From the NCBI GenBank assembly GCA_032718475.1, contig JAUCBJ010005688.1, positions 1 to 32,646 of the forward strand: DNA of 32,646 nt, written 5' to 3'. The DNA is from Nemertoderma westbladi (lineage: Eukaryota > Animalia > Xenacoelomorpha). Below are positions 12,197-21,779 of this stretch, in pieces. Within the stretch, counting starts at the first letter, position 1, and each line of letters opens with the position of its first letter. Below the pieces are notes generated by a model that made no database searches, had not been told where the DNA came from, and was given only the letters and a program-made list of their open reading frames with translations. Both the position numbers and the translations under genes were made by a program.

Positions 12197-12606
12197 CTAA
12201 CCATTTCGGAGTCTGCATATACTGTAATTTATTTAGGCTTGATAGTAGTCTGCCAGCGTTTGGTCTGTATTTTGTTTGTGTAGTCTGTACGGGTACCGTA
12301 ATATTTATTATTCAGATAATTTGTAGGCTGGATTGTTGTCTGGCTGTTGTTAGGTCTGAAGAGATTGCGGTGTGTGTAGAGTGTATGTCCGATAAAGTAC
12401 TAGTTAGGAAAGTGGGTGGCATCCAGTGCTATAAGGTAAATCCCCCTGAAAGAATAAGTCGTACTACTCGGTTAGAACGCATACTAACTAACCATTTCGG
12501 AGTCTGCATATACTGTAATTTGTTTAGGCTTGATAGTAGTCTGCCAGCATTTGGTTTGTATTTTGTTTGTGTAGTCTGTACGGGTAGCGTAATATTTATT
12601 ATTCAG
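12190..12606 (+). repeat. ~125-bp direct duplication in the 5' leader
   Basis: AACTAACCATTTCGGAGTCTGC...TTATTATTCAGA occurs at ~12195 and ~12486. Confidence 0.9.
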
Positions 12607-13552
12607 AGTTTATGCGATTATTCGCAACATTCATAACCCCAAGTTTATTCCTACAGTAATTGTGCTTGTTATATATACCGTTATAGTTAAATTAACCCCG
12701 GTACTACATCAGGGCTGTTTGGCGTAGGTAAAGACTGGAGATTTTATGCTTTGGTCACTCCGGCAGATACCGTGGTTCTTTTAGCTGTACAAGTATTTTT
12801 AACTGCTGATTATTTGTTGTATAAGTACTTGTACCTAATTTAGGGTTTAGTGTACAGTGCTTTCCGAAGGTAATTAGAATGTAGGCAGTATATTTGTGTT
12901 GTAAAGTGGTTAATAGGCACGTTGGCTCTGGTAGGCTGCGGTAATTAACTTCTAGGTAGGAACACTCCGTGAAACATAACGTAGTACTTATAGCGATACG
13001 GCTATAAGTCGTCAGACAGTGGTATTTTTCCTATCTGGACAACGCAGTATATTTACTACTGCTTTATTACTTTCAAATACCGTAGTATCCTGTCTGTTTG
13101 TAATAACCAGATATTCTAACCCTTTGTTAGGCTGGTTTGTAGACTTCTTGTAAAATTACCCTAAAAATTCGTACATGTAATTTTTGTGTTTATTTAGAGA
13201 TTGTAATCTCACCCCGAATTGTACGTAATTTGTAGTATTAAGTAACTTAGGCAAATTAGAATTATTTGTTTTAGTGTCCAACAAGTAGCACTTCACTGAG
13301 AGCGTACAGCTTCTGTGCAGTGACTCCTTCCCAGAAATAATAACATTTATTTCAAATATTGACAAAAACCCATTAAACGGGTATATATATATTATAAATC
13401 AACTCAAACCGATTTATAAAATAGTAGGCCTGTCATACAACAATTAGGTCTTAATATCAGTTGGACTACTGCTTAAATAACGGTAATAAGGTGAAGTAAA
13501 GTAACCAAGTAACCCCTAAAATTCAGAAATTCAATTATTCTAAAATAATTGA

Positions 13553-13928
13553 CATACCGGTATTTACAATAGGCTTATTATATTTATTTCTATAAATTTG
13601 AGCTGAAATTATACACCGGTATTCTGTAATTAATTCTAGTCTGTAATTATACTTATATATATACTATAAGTGTAAGCTGTATACCGGTATTCACGATAGG
13701 CTTATTATATATTTATATATTTGCGCTGAAATTATATACCGGTATTCTGTAATTAATTCTAGTCTGTAATTATACTTATATATACTATAAGTGTAAGCTG
13801 TATACCGCTATTCACGATAGGCTTATTATATATTTATATATTTGCGCTGAAATTATATACCGGTATTCTGTGACAAACCTAGTCTGTAATAATACTTATA
13901 TATACTATAAGTATATACCGGTATTCTA
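13553..13928 (+). repeat. ~121-126-bp AT-rich tandem repeat x3 in the 5' leader
   Basis: ATACCGGTATT..ATAGGCTTATTATA recurs near 13554, 13681 and 13802. Confidence 0.85.
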
Positions 13929-14062
13929 ATATATTATATATATATCACGTTATACTGAGTAACAGTATCGGTAATTAATTACTAGGCTTTCAGTGGATAC
14001 TGAATTACTAGACTTGCTTTAACTGTAGTTATAGTAGTAGGCATTCAACTGTACAATCAAAC

Positions 14063-16792
14063 ATGTCTGACACAAAACGGGCACTGTCAGATAGTCTTTT
14101 GGAAGGTGTTAGAATGAGTCTTAGACTTGGACAGTGTCTTGAAAGGATCTGTGACCAAGATCAAAGTATAGAACATCCCAGACCAAAGTCCAAGTCCCCT
14201 CCTACTGTAGGAAAGGTCATCCCTTCAGTAGTAGTGTCAGACCCTAGGCTAGTTAAGGATAGACAATTAAAGCAATGGCAAATAGAATACCGATGGTCAG
14301 CGGCTGCGGCAGAATCTGAAAGGAAAGCGGCAGCGGCTGATAGAAAATCGGCAGCTGCAGCGGCAGAGGCTGAAAGAAAAGCGGCAGCTGCAGTGGCAGA
14401 AGCGGAAAGAAAAGCGGCAGCTGCAGCAATAGAAGCGGAAAGAAAGATAGCAGTGGCAGAAGCAGAACGAAGAGCATCTGAAGAGACCACCCAACTAGAG
14501 CTGGAAAACCTACAGGCGGAACAAGAATACTTGAAGAAACAAAGGACAGCTATAGTTACAGCTCAGATACAGTTACTGAGTCGATTTACTTCCAGAAAAC
14601 AGGGATTTGCCTCGTCCGATGAAGACGATACAACAGATCCTGACGGCGGAGGAAATAGATCTCGTCTCAGCAGGCGTAGAAGAATGCCACACTGTCCGAA
14701 GTTACCTAATTTGCCTCCTGCGGTGAGACTGGATAGTGTAGACTTAGGTAATCCTGAATCCACAGACCATATTATTAGAGTAGACAGACTCCCTACTATA
14801 GTAGATGAGCCTGAAATAATTGGGCCTGTTCTCGAAGCCACCCCTTCTGTGATAGAGACACCTGTACTCCCAGAACCTACCTCTAAATTCCCTTTGCACA
14901 GCACGAAACTACCTGTGCCCAGTAGGACTGTTCCCGAGTCCGAACCCATCCTGGACGCCGAGCGGGATATCAAGAATTTATCGCCCGTCGTCTCTCGCTC
15001 GCCCGCTACTACGTTGGCAACTCCCGCTTCGGCGGTCGAGTGGGTAGCTGAGGGACGACGGGAGATGAGTCTCCTGCTCGGGCAGCTGAGGGAACACCGT
15101 AAGTGCTCCTCTCAGCAGGTCCTGGAGATGGAAGGAACTGTTCAGCAGATCAAGGGCGCAGTAAGGGAAAGTAGGTTAGAGTTGCAAGAAGTGCAGCAGA
15201 GTATCGCGTTAGAACGCGATAAATTAGTAAATATACAAAAGGGTATACCACCACCCCCTGTAACAATGTGTCAACCTGTTAGGTCTGAAGTATTTCATGC
15301 GCAAGGTGTGGAGCCTACACGCATCTATACTGCTAGTGAAGTAGAAACTCCTATAGTAAACCCTATTAAGGGTAATTATAAACCTGTTGACAATGATATT
15401 CCATATAGACCTGATCATAATCCGAGAAATTTATATACCGATAACTCGATATTAAATAACACGATGGCCCAAGAAAGTTTTACGCATCAAATGGCTAGAA
15501 CCGAAGCCCGTCAAGCGGTAAAGTTGGGAGAGATCGTCAAGTTCAATGGAGATGAGATGAAATGGTTACCTTTTAATGAATATTACAAAGATAACATACA
15601 GAACTCTGTGCTATCTAACGGAGAGAAACTTAGATTCCTCATCGAGTGCTTGGAAGGATCTCCCAAGTTAATGGCGTTAAAGTTTATTGGACATCCAGAT
15701 GGATTAAGACAAGTTTGGGATACACTGAACATCAGGTATGGTAATAGGACTAACATAGCTAGGTATTTATATGCGAAATTAATGGCGCCCCGAAAGTTTC
15801 TTAGCAGCGGGATTATAGAGTTTTCCGACGAGATTCAGGAGATCTGTAGACAATTAGATTGGCTAGGTAAGTCTCATGAATATCAGAGTTCTATGGTTAT
15901 TGGAGCCGTGGCCTCTACTTTACCGAAGGGTGGAGTAGGTACACGCTGGGATAAGAAAGTGTTATATATGATGGAACAACAACGACGAGACCCTACCATG
16001 GCTGATCTCATGTCATTCTTAGATGGAGAAGTGAAATTACAGCTCCTAAAGCAGTCCAGAGAGAAGACACCGGAAAACAAGGTAAGTGAGAAACCCGTTT
16101 CTAGGAGAAAGGTAACACCAGTGTGTTATACCGACGACGGCGAAAGCCAGGCTTCTCAAGAAGAGGACACCGGGAAAGACACTGAAAGATCTTATTATGT
16201 CAACAAAACGCCTAAAGACGTAAGTAAATTCAAGTCTCGAACCAATGACAGGAGAGAACAGGTAAGAAAAACTCCTCCTACGTCTCCTAAGAGAATTCAT
16301 GTAAGAAAGCCCGAAGAAAGAACAAGTGTGCACAACGTTACTCAAAGTAAGGTAAGTAACATCAAACCGAAATGTGCGCTGTGTGACGGGCCCCACCGTT
16401 TGAATGTGTGTGATGAATTCCTAAAGAAATCATTAAAGGATAGACGGGAAGTCATGTGGGATAAGCGGTTGTGTTATAATTGCCTCAGACAAGGACACCA
16501 CCGGCGAACCTGTTACTCCGACGCAAGGTGTGCAAAGTGTGGCGCAAAACATCATATCTTGTTGCACACTGAATTCGAACGAAACAGCCCGAGTCAGGTA
16601 AGTGAGTCCGAACTACATGTCCAATTCAGTGATGTGAATGACACTGACCAAAGTTCTGAGATGGAAGGATTCTATACGGACGAATTCTCCGACGAAAACG
16701 AATCCTGTTACCTGATAAATACCGCAGTGTATCGAGCACTTACGTATGAAAAGGACACCGACAGCGAGCTCCCCCTAACTACTTCTGACTGA
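14063..16792 (+). CDS. gag: BEL/Pao Gag (909 aa)
   Basis: Capsid-region motifs FNGD..KW..F...LSNGEKL.FL...L.G...W..L..RYG (DUF1759-like) and three BEL-type Zn knuckles: CALCDGPHRLNVC, CYNCLRQGHHRRTC, CAKCGAKHHILLH. Confidence 0.92.
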   Translation: MSDTKRALSDSLLEGVRMSLRLGQCLERICDQDQSIEHPRPKSKSPPTVGKVIPSVVVSDPRLVKDRQLKQWQIEYRWSAAAAESERKAAAADRKSAAAAAEAERKAAAAVAEAERKAAAAAIEAERKIAVAEAERRASEETTQLELENLQAEQEYLKKQRTAIVTAQIQLLSRFTSRKQGFASSDEDDTTDPDGGGNRSRLSRRRRMPHCPKLPNLPPAVRLDSVDLGNPESTDHIIRVDRLPTIVDEPEIIGPVLEATPSVIETPVLPEPTSKFPLHSTKLPVPSRTVPESEPILDAERDIKNLSPVVSRSPATTLATPASAVEWVAEGRREMSLLLGQLREHRKCSSQQVLEMEGTVQQIKGAVRESRLELQEVQQSIALERDKLVNIQKGIPPPPVTMCQPVRSEVFHAQGVEPTRIYTASEVETPIVNPIKGNYKPVDNDIPYRPDHNPRNLYTDNSILNNTMAQESFTHQMARTEARQAVKLGEIVKFNGDEMKWLPFNEYYKDNIQNSVLSNGEKLRFLIECLEGSPKLMALKFIGHPDGLRQVWDTLNIRYGNRTNIARYLYAKLMAPRKFLSSGIIEFSDEIQEICRQLDWLGKSHEYQSSMVIGAVASTLPKGGVGTRWDKKVLYMMEQQRRDPTMADLMSFLDGEVKLQLLKQSREKTPENKVSEKPVSRRKVTPVCYTDDGESQASQEEDTGKDTERSYYVNKTPKDVSKFKSRTNDRREQVRKTPPTSPKRIHVRKPEERTSVHNVTQSKVSNIKPKCALCDGPHRLNVCDEFLKKSLKDRREVMWDKRLCYNCLRQGHHRRTCYSDARCAKCGAKHHILLHTEFERNSPSQVSESELHVQFSDVNDTDQSSEMEGFYTDEFSDENESCYLINTAVYRALTYEKDTDSELPLTTSD

Positions 16793-18109
16793 CAACAATC
16801 TTGGAAAGCACCAACTTCCAATGTAGGAATCCGAGAATTTCCCGTAGTGCAGTTGAGGGTCCACGGACCTGAAAGGAGTTATATAGTGAACGCCCTCCTT
16901 GACTCCGGTAGCACAGGAACATTCATCGACAAAGAACTAGCCGAAGACATCTTTGCTGGACAACCCAAGTTCCGAACTAAGTTAAACATGTCAGGAATTA
17001 TGCAGGTTTGGAAATCTACAGTAATAGCAGATTATTATGTAGGTGCGTTGTCCACCCCCCAGGATGAACTAGGAGAACACAGTATAAGGTCAGTAAAAAT
17101 GGTGGCGATAAAGAACTTCGCTACCAGCCAAGTAGAACCTTATAACTGGGATGAGGACGATTTCACCCAGCAGCTTAAGATACCTAGATTCAACACAGAC
17201 TACCCTGGAGTGCAAATACTTGGCCAAAATGCGCATGAGGCGCTTGAGACATTGGAGAAACGGCCTGCTCAACCGCAACCACTACAAGCCTATGCGGGAA
17301 GAACTAGAGTAGGTTGGTACTTTACTGGACCTTCCCGTAGAACTCTCATGGAAAGGTTACCAAAAGAACGGGTATACCAAGTAAGTGAATGGGAAGCGGA
17401 GAGCAGTGAGGTAGACGACCCAACTGAGGGAACACCATACTCCTCAGATAATGACGATATTAACTCCAATGTAGATCAATGGAGACATTGCCCCGAGACG
17501 ATTAATCTAGCCGACATCGCTTCCAGAGGAGCAACTCCTCAAGAACTGACAGATACTCCAGACTGGTTAGGTGGACCCGACTTCCTAAGTAAAGAAGATG
17601 AATGGCCTCCCCATCTTACCACGGCTGAGATTAGACAAGCCAAGGGAGCAGAGAAAGTCAAACCTAAAACCCGGACGAGTAAATCAAGGTTATTTATACC
17701 CGTGATAGATCTGTCTGTACTACACATTGCCAGGGACGACGCTGTGGATCTAAACTCCCCCACCACGAACAGATCTGTTGTGGAGATCACAGAGAGAGAC
17801 TGGAGATCTGGAACACCAGACGTCTCGCCGGGACTCTCACCTCTCCTGCCGGGAGTGATGGACTACTATAGATCCTGGAATCGGCTTTGTAAGGCCGTCG
17901 TGTATTTGAAGCGATGTTTCTATCGTCACTATTCCAGGACGAAGAGGAAACCTGGAATTGTATTCGAAACACAACAACTCAATCGCCTAGTTGGTCGTTT
18001 ATGTTTACTGGAAAGAGACCGAGAACTGTCCGGAAACTATGGAAGACAAGATACTCTTCCCACGACCACCTCCCTAATCCAACAAACATCTAGGGACTCC
18101 CCAACGTAA
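16793..18109 (+). CDS. pol: Truncated Pol: aspartic protease fused to the RNase H C-terminal tail; same frame as gag
   Basis: ALLDSGS (D at 16901) and RTRVGWYFTGP, then WRHCP..NLADIASRG...W.GGP.FL....WP and SWNRL..V.YL.R. No RT (YxDD) or integrase motifs. Confidence 0.85.
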   Translation, partial: QQSWKAPTSNVGIREFPVVQLRVHGPERSYIVNALLDSGSTGTFIDKELAEDIFAGQPKFRTKLNMSGIMQVWKSTVIADYYVGALSTPQDELGEHSIRSVKMVAIKNFATSQVEPYNWDEDDFTQQLKIPRFNTDYPGVQILGQNAHEALETLEKRPAQPQPLQAYAGRTRVGWYFTGPSRRTLMERLPKERVYQVSEWEAESSEVDDPTEGTPYSSDNDDINSNVDQWRHCPETINLADIASRGATPQELTDTPDWLGGPDFLSKEDEWPPHLTTAEIRQAKGAEKVKPKTRTSKSRLFIPVIDLSVLHIARDDAVDLNSPTTNRSVVEITERDWRSGTPDVSPGLSPLLPGVMDYYRSWNRLCKAVVYLKRCFYRHYSRTKRKPGIVFETQQLNRLVGRLCLLERDRELSGNYGRQDTLPTTTSLIQQTSRDSPT

Positions 18110-18635
18110 CAGCGTCTGGAGTGGGTGTGTGACTATATTATTTTATATTTGTTTTTATTATTTTATATTTATGTATGTATTATTATATAATTTTATTATA
18201 ATCGTTTTCTTTAATTTTATTTAGTAGAATGTTATTTTAGCGATTATTTAGTAGATTAGTGCAATATATATTCGCGTTTATTACTTAATTACTTATATAT
18301 TATATATTTAGTGCGACGGCGAGAAATAATTCTTTTTCTCTTTCCTTACTGTCCGTATTACATTATAAATACGTGACTACAGTAAGATGAAATATCCGTA
18401 CTTATTAAAGTACAATAAAGCTCCTACTATATTCAAGTATTATTGGTAAGTAGAGTATTAGGAATGCAAAATTCAGATCCTCGTGTCTCGGCTAAACCAA
18501 GCTCTGGGTAGACCTTGGAAACGACTTGCCTCTTCTTACTGACATTGCTTCTTGCGATATTGCTCTCATACTGTATATTAAATAATACATATAGTAGCGT
18601 GATGTCCCTTTAACAGTAGCGTAAAACGCAAAATA

Positions 18636-18948
18636 AATCTGTTAAACCCTTTGACCATCTGTAATTCTAGTCGATTAAGATATCGCGGCACCCACCGATA
18701 TACTTGAAAGACAAAATTCTAGAATCAGTGGTTAACGTCCCCAGACAAGTTCTGGAATAAACTGGTGCCCATCCTAAATATTAACTATTAATATTTATAA
18801 AATCTGTCAAATTTTAGATCCTTTAAAATTCTAGTCTATTAAGATATCGTAGCACTTACCGATACTCTTAAAAAGACAAATTTCCTAGAATCAAGGATCC
18901 CAGTCCCCAGACATGCTCTGGAATAAAATTGTGTCTATTTAATATTAA
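18636..18948 (+). ncRNA. Tandem pair (164-bp offset) of putative structured cis-acting RNA elements
   Basis: Nested stems in both copies; the outer stem differs in sequence but still pairs (TTGACCA/TGGTTAA vs GATCCTT/AAGGATC). Confidence 0.55.
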
Positions 18949-19747
18949 ATAATAAAATTTACGGGAATAAATTTAAATTCATATCTTTTAATGAATTTGA
19001 TAAATTGCCATTTTATGCAATTTATAACATTCCCAAAATTCCATTAATTAAGAGATCATGGGAGCGGAGATTCACCTTATTAAGTGTATTAGTGTGCGAG
19101 AATCTCCAATATATAGTCAATAGCCGATAAAATTCATAAAATCATGTATAAAGGGGATATTGACAATTAAAGAATTACTATTAAATAGCATCCCAGATCT
19201 GTATGCATGAGAATTACCCTAATTCTACTGCTAGCTTTCCATAATGTCACCATGGCAACAACCACGCTAGAATTAGAAGTGAGTTAAGAGAACAAAAAGG
19301 GCTTGCCCCATTGAATAGCATAAGGAATAAAATAGCACGCTGCTAGTATCCCAGGATACCCAATAATAACGTGGCATTCTGGAAGGCACTTGACTAACGG
19401 ACAAATGGCCCGAATGTGTGCGGTTTGTGACAGTTGTGTGGAATTTGTGTGTTTATAGGTGAATGTTACTACTAAAGTGTGTTTACAGTAGCGAGTCGCA
19501 ATTGTGAAAGTAGCCCTAACTCTCCAGTAAGAACCTGAAGTAAATCTAAGCCTTTGGGACGGACGGTGGAGTGACTCGCGCTGGTTGTTGTGGTCGTTGT
19601 GCAGCTACGACGTTGGCGATAGGCACATCGGCGAAAGTACACCAGCGCTGAGGATCTTGCGCTGTCCGGGGGCCGAGAGGGGTAGGCAGCGACGCCCGCT
19701 AGCCTAATTATAACTAATTATAATATTGATAAACTCATATAGCAGCT

Positions 19748-20886
19748 ATGACTGAGTTGATAGAAGATGATCTTGGTATCAGGGAGAAATATACTCTACC
19801 GTTGCAAGCGTTTGTTGATAGATTGATACGCAGCGACGCTAGTCCAACTACTACGGAGGACGATGGTCGTTATATCGAACCGCCGATGTCCCAGGAGCAA
19901 CTTACGCGTGAATTGGACTATCGAAAATTCACTGCTCGCTATACGCATCGTAATGGTACGCATATGGACTTCTTAACTACTGGTCATCCTATCGATTTAC
20001 ACGATACGGACGATGTCGACACCGAAAGGGAAATGGTACTGTTTTGAGTATCCTACCCAGCGGAGTCGGAACGATAAACTGAAAATCGAATGCGAAAATT
20101 CTATTCGAAATCGACTCGAAAGAGAAGACGTTAAAGAACCGGATAAACGCAGTAACTCCAACGTATATTTGGAATTCTTGAGAGAAACATTGTAAAACCG
20201 AATAAATATCACCCGCGTTTCCCCTACAAGACATGCATCTTTGGTATTATTGCGATGAATGCCTAAGACCCAACCAACAAACGGAAAGACATCCGCGGAG
20301 ACGTTGCTTTAAACACGGTTTTACTCGCTATATTTACGGGAGTTTCGAGCGAAACTTGTTCGATGTATCACCTACGCTCGTTCGATTCAAACGATCCTTA
20401 AATAAACCTATGATCAGAGTTCCAGAATACTCGGTCAGACCTCCTCATTCCCTAGTTAGACCTCAGACTCTTGATCCTAATAGTATCACGGATCCTCCCG
20501 AACTGTACTCACTGTTCAAAGATCTAGTGTTACCCGAACGGTTAGTCGGTGGCACTCCGGTTGTGGGCTCCCTAAATATTCGCCCATCTTACCTAGCCGG
20601 ATTGGGACGCGGACATCTAATATCGCCATTCAACCGTATCATCATCCCTGTTTAACCCGATACAACCTGTCACCGAGGCGGAGGAGAGAGTTGTACGAAA
20701 CGCGTTGGACACTATTCGTCAAAAGATCAGAAAAGGAACCCACAATTGTTTAGAGAAACGTAAATTGCAGCAGCAAGTCCAAGCGGTAAACGAATTAGCT
20801 TTATCTCAGTTCGATCAGGAAATCCAGAATCTCTAAGAAGATATCGAACTTGGACGACCCTATTCTCTGCAAGAGTTTTTGGACTA
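19748..20886 (+). other. Chain of small unassigned ORFs or one decayed accessory gene in the env position
   Basis: Open frames 19748-20047, 20013-20195, 20233-20655 and ~20621-20837 (continuing to 20886 past one stop). Protein-like composition, including a CxxC-x9-H-x4-C-xx-H cluster and a coiled-coil-like end. Confidence 0.4.
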
Positions 20887-21172
20887 ACGCATCCAACGAT
20901 AAGCGGAGGAAAATCAGCTCGAGGAGAAGCATATCGAAATGGACGAGACATCGACCATAACCCTAAACCTTCCGATGCAATTGTATTGCACCCTTTACCC
21001 AGGAGTTATAGCCCTCCTAGTAAAGTGGCTCGCCCCAAAGAGAAAAGGACTCTTGCTAGCCTCAAAAAACTGCGTAAATGCCGTCCGCGCAAGAAAGACT
21101 AACTGTTTAGAGTATTTTTATATTTTAGAAACTGTGATTTTGTATATTTTATAGACTCAAATCCCATTTTCT

Positions 21173-21180
21173 GGGAGCGG
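21173..21180 (+). promoter_or_regulatory. Polypurine tract (plus-strand primer)
   Basis: GGGAGCGG immediately precedes the TG of the 3' LTR. Confidence 0.75.
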
Positions 21181-21779
21181 TGTAAAAGCTTTTGCAGATG
21201 TAACAAGCTATTTTTCTCCGCAATATACCGAGTAGGTATTTTAGCGGACATAACAAGCGATTTTGCCCGCTATGTCTGCATGTGTGCTTTAGCGGACATA
21301 AAAAGCCATTTTTCTCCGCAATAAGCTCAAATACTCTAAACATCGGAACTCAGATGACGACATCTATCAGCTGTGTCCACGTGTAACTCTTTCTTTGTTC
21401 TTTGTTCGTTCTTTGTTCGGTCGACCAATCAGAGCGGTTTTCACTCTGTGTTGGACATTGTATACAGAAACTCACGCAATTCAGTCAGTGTGTAGTTTTC
21501 CTGATGCCAGAACACCGGCTTTGGAATTTCTGTGTTTCAGGCTTTAGCAAAACATTAGTAGGCTTTGATCATAGAAACGTATAACTGTTATCAAACCACA
21601 AACCAAACTGGCAAATCAGCCTGTCATATCTCATCCAAACACCGCATTATTTTACTGCTATTTACTGTCGGTTATTATTGTATCAGTTGATGGAATATTG
21701 TTATATTTGGATAATATCGATAAATAATCAGAAAACCCCAATCTTCTTGATATACTGAAGGTTAGAGAGACCGGTTACA
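21181..21779 (+). repeat. 3' LTR (599 bp)
   Basis: TGTAA...TTACA and near identity to the 5' LTR. The right boundary is inferred from the terminal IR because no exact TSD is seen. Confidence 0.9.

Larger units (their letters stand above)
11618..21779 (+). mobile_element. BEL/Pao LTR retrotransposon, non-autonomous (gag-protease only)
   Basis: Direct repeats offset by 9563 bp, TGTAA...TTACA termini, purine tract before the 3' LTR, BEL-type Gag and protease. Confidence 0.93.

Noticed and set aside
14161-17972. Minus-strand ORFs over gag-pol
   Set aside because: Shadow ORFs, partly caused by the alanine-rich repeat.
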